A program made the position numbers and the translations under genes. Of a DNA stretch of 64,000 bases, positions 39,765-53,278 are shown piece after piece. This DNA is from Eledone cirrhosa (Eukaryota). Every line of letters begins with the position of its first letter. The first letter of the stretch is position 1. The stretch covers positions 319,238,001-319,302,000 of the forward strand of contig OZ024743.1 in NCBI GenBank assembly GCA_964016885.1, given 5' to 3'. Under the pieces are notes generated by a model. It did not search any database. It saw nothing but the letters and a program-made list of their open reading frames with translations, and was not told the origin of the DNA.

Positions 39765-39840
39765 ACAGATTGACTTTGTTAGTTTCAGAAGATCCCGTTA
39801 AGAGTGAAAGCAGCGATTCTTTGCTTAAACTTTAATCTGT
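39765..39840 (+). ncRNA. Hammerhead-like motif, CAGAAGA core variant
   Basis: acagattga/ttaatctgt and agttt/aaact stem I with a 7-nt bulge, GAAA, stem III Agcag/ttgcT. Confidence 0.6.
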
Positions 39841-39991
<151 letters not shown>

Positions 39992-40312
39992 AGATATGAA
40001 AACACATACAATATGTTTATGTATAATGAATATACACAAGCCTTGCTATCTTAAGGTGCGATCATATCACAGCTCAATGGGAGTGTAAGAACGGCAAACA
40101 CGTGTTTATGGGCTTTTAACCATCAACGCTAATGTTAACTCACTCGGTATTGAGACAAGCATAAGCTACAACATATATACTTTTTTTTTGTTTATGAAAC
40201 ATCTGCTGCAGATGTTAGTTTGTAAACAGTGCGAACCTGCTTGGCTCAGATTAATTAACAATAGCATTAACATATCATGATTCATAATAGAGATCTAAAT
40301 GATAGTATATAC

Positions 40313-40622
40313 CAGTGGTTCCCAACCTTTTTAGCTCGTGGGCCAGTTGAATCCAGGATTTTTCTGTGGTCCATGAAATTATTATAGTGTAAAATATTAC
40401 TTCTATTTTATATAGAATATATCCAATAAAAATACAATTTTGTCTATTTGTTGGACACACAATTTTACAAGCATCTATTCAATAAAAGCTCTATGGACCA
40501 TTCAATATGCTGTGGCCCGTATATTAACCCGGTGGCCCAGTAAAAATTATAAAATTTCTGTGGCCCACCTGAAATTTGCCATGACCCATTTTAGCTGTGT
40601 GGCCATAGGTTGGGAAACACTG
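40313..40622. mobile_element. hAT-type MITE
   Basis: TIRs cagtggttcccaacct / aggttgggaaacactg; degenerate 8-bp TSD gtatatac/gtaaatat. Confidence 0.85.
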
Positions 40623-41849
40623 GTAAATATATTAATGTATAATATACACGAGTCTCTCTATGTATCTTTTAAGCTGTCATTATGTCAGAGCTTACTGAGA
40701 CTGCTTTCTGTTGCTACTCTGAATTTCGCAGATTGTTCCCTGATCACGCAATCTAGCCACAAGACAGATACGAATTAATGGAGATTTATACTTATATGCA
40801 ACAAATAATCCAACTCTTTCCACTTTACCCTTTTCCAGAACAAAAAAAATAACACGAATAAAGGAAGAAAATATATTCATTTAAAAATACAAAAATCCCG
40901 TCTGAATAAACTCTAGCGAAGGACTACACACACACACATACACCTGTTCAATTTGATAATGGAACTAAAGTAAAAACGATATATTGTCAATGAACGGACA
41001 ACACATCGTCTTACTTATGTAAAATAATAACTTCAGAAGGGCTTTAACAGTCGAAATAAACAATCCTTTATTAAATGATACATTTAATAAACTCTATACA
41101 AAAGTTAATTCAATCCCTACATACCTTGGGGATTAACAGAAATGGCTTAATTATTATTTTATGGACAGAGCTAAACGAAAGGATATGTGTGTATGCAGGA
41201 GACGAGGCATCACAAAGTCTTTGGTTCCAAACGAAGGCATTCCATAGAGTACACCCACCAAGTCGGGCCGTCATAATCGGAGAAGAATATTTGTACGTCC
41301 GCTTTCCATTGTAGCCAGCGTGAAAGAGAGAGATCAGCTACCTTTTACACTCAATAGCCTCTCCTATATTTTAGATAGTGCCGATACAAGGGAAGTAACT
41401 CGCTAGTCACTACATCACCTCCGGGCAGATTTTTAGCCGAAAATCGTTAACGATGAAGCCAAGGACCCACAAGGTACAGTTTACACAATGAGGAAACATG
41501 TTTCAAAACGAAGCATCGGAAAGAGAAATAGGTTCAAGCATGCAAGCATTAACACAGAAAAATGTACAGCAATAAATGCAAAATGCATTAAAAAATACCA
41601 TTCGCAGTAAAGGGGCCCCATATGCGATAAACAAAAAAATTGTGCTAGGCAATGAAAATGCCATATGTAGCAAGGTTACAAAAATGCACTGAACAATGAA
41701 ATGCATTTAAACTGGCAACAGCCGTAATGTTACGGGATGTAACGAAAAATAATAAATATTGATACTGCCGTAGGCAGTCAGGAGTCAAGAAGCAACACAA
41801 TGAAATATACAGCAAAAACAATTGGAAGAAGAAAAGAATACAATTCAGT

Positions 41850-43019
41850 TTATATTACTGCATAGCTTACCCTTCGCCCAGAACGGGTCGTAGTTCTGTA
41901 TCTTGATGGTGGGGGGTGGGGGTGGGGGTGGGGGGAAGAAATAGGCGTATGTGGCAAAGAAAAAGAAGGGGACATTTGAGTTTCAAGTGTCATTGTGTCA
42001 TTGTCCAGGTTTGTTCGTTTGAGACGATCAATGGAAACCGTTTCCCTGGAACCCCGAATGTCCAGTGTGAAATGTTTGTCTGTGCGAGCAAGCACACGAT
42101 AGGGTCCAGAGTACGGCCGTTGAAGAGGGGGTCTCACGACGTCGTCTCTAACGAACACATGTGTCCACAAGGCAATATCCCTTGGGACGGCAGTTTTTAC
42201 AGTTTGCCTCCTAGTGTCCATCGGTGGTAAATCCTGGAAGTAAGAATGAAGCCGGGACACGTAGGAAGCGGGATCCTGCGAAGCAAGATCAACAGGAGCA
42301 AGCATTTGCCCCGGTAACGCAAGAGGAGTACCATAAATCAATTCGGCCGGGGAGAACCCAAGGTCCACCTTTATTGTCGACCGAATACCTAACAACACAA
42401 TAGGTAGGTACTCACTCCAACGTGAAGAGTCCATTGAAGACCTTAAAGAGGCTTTAAGCTGTCTGTGAAATCTTTCCACCATTCCGTTTGATGCTGGATG
42501 ATATGCCGTGGTTCTTATGCGAGTAGCGCCAATAATTTGTGTTAATTCACGGAAGAGGTTCGATTCAAATTGACGACCGCAGTCTGTTGTTATTGTGGTG
42601 GGTACTCCAAAACGAGCGATCCATGAAGATACGAGAGTACGCGCTGTCGTTTCAGCAGTGATATCTGTCATAGGGATGGCTTCAGGCCAACGCGAAAAAC
42701 GGTCAACGATCGTCAAAATATACGAATAACCACGACTAATCGGCCACGGGCCGACGATGTCCACATGAATGTGACGAAATCTGGCATCAGGACAAGTGAA
42801 AGTTCCGAGAGGAGTTTTAACGTGCTTACAAACTTTTGACTTTTGGCAAGCGACACAGGAACGGCACCAAGCAGCAATGTCACGTCTCATATCAGGCCAG
42901 AAAAATCTGGCTGTTATGAGTTTTACTGAGGCTGATACTCCTGGGTGAGAAATGCCATGTAAAGCAAGAAACACAGTTCGTCGATGTTCCACTGGGACTA
43001 GAGGTCGTGGTGAGTCCAA
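41850..43019 (-). pseudogene. Gypsy integrase (HHCC, DDE, GPY)
   Basis: [43 protein letters not shown]. Confidence 0.95.
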
Positions 43020-43073
43020 CGAAACATCACACAGTATTTGTCCGTCAGCAGTTGAGATCGGAATGTATTTCAG

Positions 43074-43652
43074 TTAGCAATGTACAAACTCTGGCGATGT
43101 AACATCCAACGATTCGAGAGTGGGTTGAGCAGCTGCCATTCGATGTAAATCTATCTCCTCGGAAGACGAAATCGATGCGATCGGCAGGCGAGACAGCGCA
43201 TCGGCCGCTGTATTCAAAGAACCCGGAATATGTTGAATGTCGTTCGTGAACTGTGAGATGAAGTCCAGATGTCTAGTTTCCCTAGGCGAATATTTGTAAG
43301 ATTTTGATCTTAAAGCGAAAATCAACGGTTTGTGATCTGTGAAAATAGTGAACGCTCTCCCGTCCAGAACATGGGAAAAATGTTTCACAGATAAATAAAT
43401 TGCTAAAAGCTCACGCCCGAAAGTACTATAACGATTTTCGGCAGGCTTTAGCTTTCTCGAAAAAAATTCGAGTGGTTGTTGTAAACCATCGCACTTCTGT
43501 TGCAAGACTGCGCCCACGGCGGTATCCGACGCATCAACACAGAGCGATAGCTCGGCGTTGGGTACTGAGTGGGCGAGCAAAGACGCACTCGCTAACGCCT
43601 TTTTCACTTTTTGAAAATCCTCAAGCTGCGTTTTATTTAAGGAAATGTCCAT
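43074..43652 (-). pseudogene. Gypsy RNase H
   Basis: CVDASDTAVGAVL, YSTFGRELLA, FTDHKPL, NTAADALSR; separated from RT by a frameshift and from IN by a stop. Confidence 0.95.
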
Positions 43653-43670
43653 ATTCTTACGCCAGCAATT

Positions 43671-44960
43671 TTAAAAAATTTCTGTCAACGAGAACAGCAA
43701 GTTGGAACAATTAGGCACGAATCGCCTATAAAAATTCACAAGGCCCAAGAATTGCCGTAATTGTCGAAGCGAACTTGGCGGAGGCAAATCCAAAATTGCC
43801 TTAACTTTTTCCGGAAGGGGCCGAATACCATCGGCATCAATAAGATGGCCCAAAAATGTTAGCGATGTCGAGCCGAAAACACACTTAGCAGCATTAACAC
43901 GAACATTATATTTCTGTAAACGCCGAAATAAGATATCCAGATGTTTGGAATGTTGTTCAGGAGAAGAACTAGCAATCAGTACATAATCGATATTCGTGTA
44001 AACAAAATCGAGACCACGAGTGACATGATCCATGAATCGTTGGAAGGTACTTGCAGCATTTCTAAGTCCGAAAGGCATAGTGAGGAACTCGAATGATCCG
44101 AAAGGAGTGGCAATAGCAGTATTTGGAATATCCTCCTTTTTAACCGGAATTTGATTATAAGCGCGGATCAAATCAAGCCTAGAAAAGATTCTGCAACCCT
44201 GCAATGACGATGCAAAATCCTGCAAATGCGGGATTGAATAACGGTCAGACACAGTAATCGTGTTTAAGCATCGGTAGTCACCCGTCGGTCTCCAATCACC
44301 AGAAGATTTAAGTACCATATGCAGAGGCGATGCCCAAGGACTTGTGGAACGCCGAATTATTCCTAATTCCAGCATGTGGTCGAATTCAAGACGTGCAGCT
44401 TTCAACTTCTCTGCAGATAATCTTCGAGGACGTGAGAAAACAGGTGGACCTGTAGTGGATATAAAGTGTTCAATCACATGATCCGGACTAGCAATTCGTA
44501 ACTTTCCCTGCGTCAGCTGTGGGAATGATTTTAACAAACTGTGATACTGGTTGCCCACTTCAGCCAAGAAAAAAGCAGGGCTTACTGTGGCGATCTCCGG
44601 CTTTGTACCCTCGAACGATAGGCCTGTATTAGCATCAAAAAGTCGTTGTCTGCGGATGTCAATCGATAAGGAAAAATGGTGGAGGAAATCCGCTCCCAAG
44701 ATAGCATATGGTAAGTCGGCGATAGTAAATTTCCACCTAAAATCATGGCGAAGATTTGTAAACTTAAGAGGAAGCGAAATTTGTCCATAAGTTAGAATCG
44801 CGGTATGGTTGACTGCTTGCAAATTGATAGTGGACTCAGGCGGAGTATTATCAAGATAACTAACTGGCCAAATACTTAGTGACGCGCCAGTAAAATTGTT
44901 TTTGACTGCAGGTCGTACACAAAAAGATGACGGTTTGGTCGAGTTTCCCAGAGTTCACTA
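43671..44960 (-). pseudogene. Gypsy protease remnant and reverse transcriptase
   Basis: [36 protein letters not shown]; YIDD degraded to NIDY; protease DTG motif lacks its Asp. Confidence 0.92.
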
Positions 44961-44967
44961 GCCGCCC

Positions 44968-45794
44968 CTAGTGGCTCTGATTGGCGTTTTCCGAACTCCT
45001 ATAGTTACAAGGCGCCCGACAGCGCTGCGCCCGACTGCCAAAGTTAACATGATACCAACAAATCGAAGAATTACTGCTGCCTGAAGTGTAGTGTTGGCGA
45101 GGAACAGAAGACGGTGGCGAACGGTACTCGTAGCGGTTTCGAGGAATAGCAGACGGAGGCGAACGGTACCTTAAACGTTGAGAAGGCTCTCTGTGTTGTA
45201 CGGTCAAATACTCCACTTTTTATGTGAGCGCTTCGATCATCTCCAACAGTTTGCTGTCGGCCACGGAAGAATTGCGTGGGGGAACAAAAGAAGAAGCCAT
45301 ACAAGGATTATGCCGATTGCTGTTAGAGTCCACCTCAAGTATTCTATCCGCGGATGCGGCAAGTTGATCTAACGATTCCCTCTCCAAATTATTGACCAAG
45401 ACCATTTGCGCACTGGCGGTAAACGGGAGAAAAATAGTTGTTTGAGGAATGGGGTTTCCATCCCCTTGGAGTCGCTCAACTCCCGCAGATGTCGTAAATA
45501 GGAGCTTGGCGTCCTATCACCCATTTGCGCATCATCTAACAATTCCCGAAAACGACTTTCCACTGACTTGGTATTCCTCCGAAGAATTTCCCCTTTCAAT
45601 GAGCCATAAGTAACGTCTGCGGCTAAATTGGTTACCACATCCTTCACGGAATATGCCAACGACACAGGCAAGCCACTAACCAGTACCTTCAGTTTATGCT
45701 GTTCTTTGGTGTGGGTTAAATCGAAATATCATTCAAGCTGCGAAAACCAGAGCTTAATATCGCCCGCAAATATCGGCAAATGATGTGGATTCAT
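44968..45794 (-). pseudogene. Gypsy gag, fragmented
   Basis: MNPHHLPIFAGDIKLWFSQLE, MGDRTPSSYLRHL, CWYHVNFGSRAQRCRAPC (CHCC motif typical of CsRn1-like gag). Confidence 0.9.
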
Positions 45795-46921
45795 GATGGC
45801 CAGAGACTCAATGAATTTTTAAAGAACGGAAGTGTTTCTCTGCAGCGGCTAAACAGCGAAAAGTTGACACTGGATATCAACATCTCATTCAGGCGAATTC
45901 ACTGGAAACGAGTGCGCCAATCTGTCGCCGGTCAAAATTAACCCGAATAAAACCACCCCCAAAAAAAATTATTGTTCTCGAAGGTGGCGTCTCAAAAACT
46001 TTGTTTTCCCGCGTCTAGCTTGTCTTCCTCATTCTAAGCGATTTGATTGGCTGTGTCATGTCACATGACGTCTTCTTCATCCAAAGTTAGTTTCTTAATC
46101 GGCCATCCTGGAACCTTATCGTAAGTTTGCCAGCAAAAGTTAAAATCCGAAGAAATCCTTTCTCTTTGTTATTTTTTTTTTTTTTTTTAAAGAGAGAGCG
46201 AAGTTGATGCAAGGGGAAGAAAGTAACATTTGATATGCAGCAATATGTTATTTTTGTTTGTGTGAAAGAGAGAGGTTGATGCGAGAGGGAAAATATATAA
46301 ATAATATTTTCTTTTTTTGTAAGTGTCCTCGCAAGGTAGGCAGGAAGAATATATAAGTTAACGGGGTTCCTGGTCGGGTTCACCAATAAAGTAAAAACGA
46401 TATATTGTCAATGAACGGACAACACATCGTCTTACTTATGTAAAATAATAACTTCAGAAGGGCTTTAACAGTCGAAATAAACAATCCTTTATTAAATGAT
46501 ACATTTAATAAACTCTATACAAAAGTTAATTCAATCCCTATATACCTTGGGGATTAACAGAAATGGCTTAATTATTATTTTATGGACAGAGCTAAACGAA
46601 AGGATATGTGTGTATGCAGGAGACGAGGCATCACAAAGTCTTTGGTTCCAAACGAAGGCATTCCATAGAGTACACCCACCAAGTCGGGCCGTCATAATCG
46701 GAGAAGAATATTTGTACGTCCACTTTCCATTGTAGCCAGCGTGAAAGAGAGAGATCGGCTACCTTTTTCACTCAATAGCCTCTCCTATATTTTAGATAGT
46801 GCCGATACAAGGGAAGTAACTCGCTAGTCACTACAGAACTATTATAACTTCTATTACCCATATTATAATTATCATATAAGCCTCTATACCGAAATGGAGC
46901 AGGGGACAAATCGCTATCCCA

Positions 46922-46952
<31 letters not shown>

Positions 46953-47880
46953 TGCACCCCCCCCCCCCCCACACACACTCACACACACATGCACACACAC
47001 ATACCTGTTCAATTTGGTAATGGAACTATTATAACTACTATTACCCCTATTATAGTTTTCAAATGACCCTCTGTACTCAAACGGAGAAGGGGACAAATCA
47101 CTATCCCTACACACACACAAATAATGTTCCTATACACTTAACACTTTTTGGGGATTGCCACAAACAATTCTATAGGCTTGACTACATAACACAATAAAAT
47201 ATAGATATGAATTCCTTTTGAAATTGTCACTAGACATGTTTACTGAAACATGACACGCAAATTTGGGCCAAAAATCTACAAAGAAATTATTTTCCTAATC
47301 CCATGATCATCAATTTTTGGCGCAATAAACTACACAACTCTATATCTAATCATGTGATCTTTCACACCCAATCCAATTGTACTTTAAACAGATAGTAATC
47401 TGAGCCACATTTTTGGCATAAAACGGAAAGAAATTTCCGTACGTTTCAGATACGTGACACATCACATAGTCACACCTATTGCTCCATCTCACTTAAATTT
47501 TGAAAACCATCCAAACGGGAAACCGCTAACTTTATTATTAATAAATTTCTTAAAATATTCCAATTGCATTTTCTACTTATTTCCCATATTTTTACCCGTG
47601 TGGAATATATAAAAAGACACTTTTTTCCTCCCCCAATAGCTTACAACAGCTATTGACGCACTGGGATAGACATATTGTCTGTAATGTGTTGAAATGTCCG
47701 AGACTTCCAGCAGACAACTGAAGAAGGGACCTGTTCCTTGTTTGCGCTTTCCTTTTATTTTTAAACACACTTTATCAAGTAACCACACAGCCCTTCGTTC
47801 CTTCTAAATTTTTCATTAAATTTTGCTGTGACCTGTGCTTTCTCTTCTTCTTCCTTGTTATTATTAACTCTTTCCCTTTA

Positions 47881-47949
<69 letters not shown>

Positions 47950-48399
47950 ACTCACTTATACTCTCTTTCTCTCTGCTCCCCTACTACTTCCGTTTTCTCT
48001 CGTCTCTGCCTCTTTTCCTCTATTCCCACCGAGGTTAGACTTGTTTTTCTTCGCTCTCTTTATCTTGCTGTCAATAAGGCCTCGGACTTATGTTCAGCTG
48101 CCGGTTTGACCTCTCTCTCTCTCTCACTCTCTCTCTCTCCCGGTTACTTAAATACATGTGCTTCTCCTTGTGTTCCCCCCTTTACCGGTATGTTTTCTGC
48201 GTTTTTTTCTCTTTTTTTCCCTTCTGTTTAATTTTTTTTCTTTCTCCTTTTTTCCTTCCCCAATAACTTACAGAAGTTATTGACGCTCTGGGGATAGACA
48301 TATTGTCTTTAATGCGTTGAAATGTCCGAGATCCCCGCAGACAACTGTTTGTGCTTTCCTTTTATATATATATATATATATATATATTGAAATCTTTTA

Positions 48400-48997
48400 G
48401 GTTATGCATGTGTGTGATGACATAGCCAATCATGTGCCAATCCTTGGATATGAGATCCATTCATGTTCTCTTAGGGTTTGAGGTTGTTGAAAAAAGCTAT
48501 TAATGATGTTAAGATCAAATTCATTGCTGAGCAGCATAAGCCCATTTGAAGCCATAGCTCCTGTAACATTAACTCCGAGAACGTCATGCCTGCTCAGATA
48601 GTTAGTTCAAATTCTAGCATTGAAATCTTCCATTACTATGACCTTGTTCTTGTATAGATACAATTGTGAGAAACTGATCGTAAATTGTTACGATGTCCTG
48701 TTCAGATGAATAAAGAGTTTGGGCGTAATAACTCTATAGTGTAACAGGAGTGTGTTTTGTAATATCCAGAGAGTCATGATACGATCACTGTTACTTTTGG
48801 GATATAATGCTGAGGATCTAGCAGTGCCAGATCTAATGATAAAACCAACACCAGATTGACGGTGGTCTTCACTTCTTCCGGACAAGAACACTGTACCCTG
48901 CTCCAACTTCATCCATTTAGGATCTGCCAGGGAATCGGGTTTCACTTATGGCAAGATATTGATGTTATATCTCTTGAGTGCATAGCAGATGAGGGCT
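48400..48997 (-). mobile_element. RTE-type LINE AP-endonuclease fragment
   Basis: ALICYALKRYNINIL..., FLSGR..RQSGVGFII, SDRIMTL. Confidence 0.7.
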
Positions 48998-49066
48998 GAC
49001 ACACACACACGCACGCACACACGCACACCCCCCCCCCCCCCACACACACACACACTAACACATATA

Positions 49067-51560
49067 TCTATATATATATAACAGAAGATGTCTGTCTGTC
49101 TGTGTAACCGCATGCATTTCTACATTTTACAACCGATTTGCACCAAATTCCATACATAGGTTTCTGAAGTCCGATTACGCATCGTGGACTATTTTATTTT
49201 TCCGTACACCGATTGTGGGAGCCCCAGGGGCAGTTAACCCCCTTAACCTTCTCGCTTGGAGTCAGCAGTACTACTATATAAAGGCCTCATAATTCCTGCA
49301 GTTTGCCTCCCATCTTCACCAAAATTAATCTTTTGTTTGCTTCTGGCCTAAAAATAAATTTGCAGGCATCCATTTACGCAGAAATTCAGGTAGGGGACCC
49401 CTTGGGGGCAGTAAACAGACTTGATGAATGTTGAAGTTAATATCATCAATGCAACATAACGTCATAACTGCTTGAGTTGGTGTTTGGTTTTCACGAAGCG
49501 AGACGTATTGGTTAGCCATGGCTTATAAAGGAAGGTGAACACATAAACCTTTACTTGAACTTATCAAGGGGACCCCTGGGAGGGGGCGTAGTAAGCTCCT
49601 TCGACTTATCTATTGAAGTTCACATTAACACTATTAGTACTTCATAACTTTTGAAGTTTACGTTAGATTTTAACTTTACCGGACACATTGGTTACCCATT
49701 GCCTAAAGATGATGTTGAAGACACTGTCTATACCCGGAACAAGCAAGTGGACTCCCAGGGGGCAGTGAACCCCGGCGAGTCATTTATTGAATTTGGCTAT
49801 TGTAATGCAGCTAAGCCTCATAGCTTCGATAATTGGTAGTCCAATAAAATGAATTTCGACTTAGTTGTTATTCATGTACTACAAATGAGGATACAGTGAG
49901 GCACATTTACTTTCATTTCAATTCAGCAAGAGGACCCCCTTGGGGACAATGAGCCCAATTTATTAACCTATAAAAGTTCAAACTGCCACAATAAAAAAGC
50001 GCCATAATTTCGAGAGTATATACTTGATTCATACAAAAACTAAACGAAATGGTTATTGCCTGCCATAAGATAAAGCACCACACATTCGTTATCACTTCAA
50101 TTTTACAAGGGACCCCCCCACCCCAGGGTGGGCAGTGAGCCCCTTTGGACCACTTTTAAAGTTCATATTATGGTCGCAGCAAAGCATTTCAACTTCTGGA
50201 AATAAAAGTCAATTTAAACGAAAGTTGACGCATCGGTTACATATGTCCTACAAATGGAGTAGCGAATTTTTAAATCCCCTGACTTAACTTTAGTTTGTTT
50301 AGTTAACTTTAGGAGGATTGCACCCGGTTGTCTCCACCGTGTAATTGCACCACAATTAAGTGCGGAAAGGGAGTTAATTTTTTTCCTTGAACTCTGGCGT
50401 CATTTCACACTCCTAACCAAGAAAGCGCGATTTAACCCAGGTGTAAATTTTAACGCCTACTGTATGTGGATTGTGTTATTTCACACTCATGCCTAAACTG
50501 TGCGAATGATTGATTAGTTTTTGCACCCGGTTGTCTCCCCCGTTTAATTGCACCTCAATTAAGTGCGAAATGGCGACCTCTGGCCAACCACACATCAGTG
50601 AGTTGTGTTCAGTAGATTTCATCCCACTTATTTGTATTATCTAACCAATCAGACAACTCGAGTGTTGTTCATTGAGCGAAATCACTCCTATTTATATCGG
50701 TCAAGTCCGACCTAGGATCACACTTCTTTTTTGGCTTTTGACAAGTGGTAGGTTTTTTTACAGGCGTACTCTCATAAGCTACCGCAATGTTTCTGAAACG
50801 CATGCTTCTTCAACACTTTTCACCTTAAAGGAGGTTTAGTTAATGTGTTTATGGTCATAAGGTTCCAGTTTATCATGCTGTGATTTTTCGGACATTTTTG
50901 CCTGTATCCTTTCAATGGTTAGTACTTACTTATTGCTATGTTCGAACTGAACAAACATACTGATAATTATATACGTTTAGACTTCTGCAAAGTGAACAGC
51001 AGCGATCATCGTTACGTGGCATTTCTAGGACTTGCAATTCACGATGGTTGCTGAAGGCCTTTAACTACGACTCCTCCTCCGACTACGTTGTGCTTGCCTG
51101 GAAGCCTGCTCCTCTACAAGTCCCTTGACTCTATGGCTGATCCGGACGAAGTTATTAATTAATCCACAGAATTTCTTAACTCCCTAGACCCTCCCGGATT
51201 GCCACCACACTTACTGCAACTTAAGAAAGGTACCCCTGTCATGCTCCTCGGGAATTTGGAACCCCGAAGGCTTTCCAACGGGACGCATCTGGTCGTCCAA
51301 AAGGCTAAGCCTCATGTTATTGAGGCAACAATACTTACAGGATCTGGTAAGGGGGATACTGTCTTCATACCAAGGATACCTCTCATTCCATCCGGTAAAG
51401 AGATTCCTTTCACATTCAGAAGGCTGCAATTCCCTCTCCGGCTCAGTTTCGCCATTTCGATTAACAAATCACAGGGTCAGACGCTGACGGTCGTAGGGAT
51501 TAATTTAGCAGAACCGTGCTTCTCCCATGGTCAACTATATGTTGGCTGCTCTCAAGTATG
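49067..51560 (+). mobile_element. Helitron-derived element with internal ~178-bp repeats and a PIF1 helicase remnant
   Basis: a|TCtatatatatata..(ctgt)n 5' end as at 29539; helicase fragment at its right end. Confidence 0.7.
51110..51560 (+). pseudogene. Helitron PIF1-family helicase C-terminal fragment
   Basis: [65 protein letters not shown]. Confidence 0.92.
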
Positions 51561-51684
51561 TATATAATGATGTATATATATATAATTATAGATATGTAAT
51601 TATATAATCTTATATATATGTATATAATGATGTATATATATATAATTATAGATACATATAATTATATAGATATTTAATTACACA

Positions 51685-51794
<110 letters not shown>

Positions 51795-52098
51795 ATTCTA
51801 TATTTATATGTTCACTTGACAAGCCTCCTTCAATTTAATTGCGCGAGTAAGTATTTCGAGAAGAATCTACGTGCTAAACTTTATAACAGCGAATGTTTTA
51901 TAACTCTTCAATAAGTCAGGTGTCATTACATATCTTATGAAGCGAAACACTCGTTTCATTTTCATGATTCTATCTTTCTTTCTATCTGAAATAGTCACGT
52001 AAGAAGAAATAAAAACGAAAACTTAAAAAAACAAAATATTGGCTGGCTGATAATTAGAGGGTTTTGGTTGAAGATAAAAAGTGAGATGTGAGAGAATT

Positions 52099-52233
<135 letters not shown>

Positions 52234-52305
52234 CTGTGTCTGTGTGTGTGTGTGTGTGTGTGTGTACGTCTGTGTCTGTGTGTGTGTGTGTGTGTATACA
52301 TATAC

Positions 52306-52383
52306 ACAGGATGTCCCAAAAATGTATACACATATTTATTAGAGTGCTGTTGAAATATGTATACATTTCTTCGGAACACCCTG
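52306..52383. mobile_element. Small Tc1/mariner-type MITE (family of 20577-20677)
   Basis: caggatgtcccaaaaatgtatac / gtatacattt..ggaacaccctg. Confidence 0.7.
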
Positions 52384-52566
52384 TATATAATTATTTAGTT
52401 CACCCACACGAAATCGTTTACTAATTAATGAATAAGTGTGCATTCTAATATTTCTTGGGGTTGTCTCTTAATAATACAGAATTAATTAAATTATTGAGTA
52501 AGTGAGAAAAAGACCAAAGCTGTGTCGGTCCTACACGTTAGCTTCATTTCATTGATATCTATCTAG

Positions 52567-52745
52567 GGCGGGTAAAATTCCCCAGATCCATGGACGATTT
52601 CTCTCCAGCAGTCACTGTCACTCATCATCGCTGCCATGTCCTGTGTCTCCAAGAGACCAATGTCTGTCCTTAAGGCATCAACATATGTCAACTTCGGTCT
52701 CCCTCTACCAGTGTGTCCATGCAGGGGCTCCCACAGGAGCACTGA
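52567..52745 (-). mobile_element. RTE LINE 3' end fragment
   Basis: Homologous to 27235-27411. Confidence 0.8.
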
Positions 52746-52755
52746 TATATATATA

Positions 52756-52808
<53 letters not shown>

Positions 52809-52914
52809 GATTTCCTCCGAATGAAACAGTTCTAGTCCTGTAGAAGCTATTTCTATATTAAATATTTATACTCTGTTATGTGTTGAGTACCTTACTTACT
52901 GTGTTTACCTCCGA

Positions 52915-53278
52915 TTGAACCTGGGATAAACACACACGAGAGTGCAAGAAAAGGAGAGGGAGCAAATTAACTGATACCAGGATTTAAAGTGGGAGTTAAA
53001 AAGGATTTTGCCATAAAATCAAGATCGCCCCGATTGTCATAAGCGCACTAGGTACTATCTGAAAGAGTTTCCAAGGATGGTTAAAGAAGATTAGTCCAGC
53101 CCATTTTTTGGAACACTTCAAAAGGCATGCTTCCTAGGAAGAACAAGAACCCTCCGATACGTCCTAAATATCAGAGGCTGCAGGTAGTGGTTTGATATTC
53201 ATTTCAACAAACTTTCCAGTTAAATAACGTCAATTACTGAGACTCAAAGAACAATAACAATAATAATAATAATAATAA
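52915..53278 (+). mobile_element. Degenerate Dong-type RLE 3' end with (TAA)n tail
   Basis: YQDLKWELKRI, APIVISALGT, TLQKACFLG..TLRYVLNI, then (aat)n. Confidence 0.8.

Larger units (their letters stand above)
40966..46835 (-). mobile_element. Full-length Ty3/Gypsy LTR retrotransposon, CsRn1-like clade
   Basis: 449-bp LTRs at 40966-41414 and 46387-46835 (4 differences seen), TSD GAAC, PBS tggtgaacccgac (tRNA-Trp-like), PPT ggaggtga, order gag-PR-RT-RH-IN. Confidence 0.97.

Noticed and set aside
41850-45794. Many coding lesions despite ~99% LTR identity, suggesting trans-mobilisation
   Set aside because: About 0.45% change per copy over ~4 kb already predicts more than a dozen mutations, so post-insertion decay or sequence error is enough
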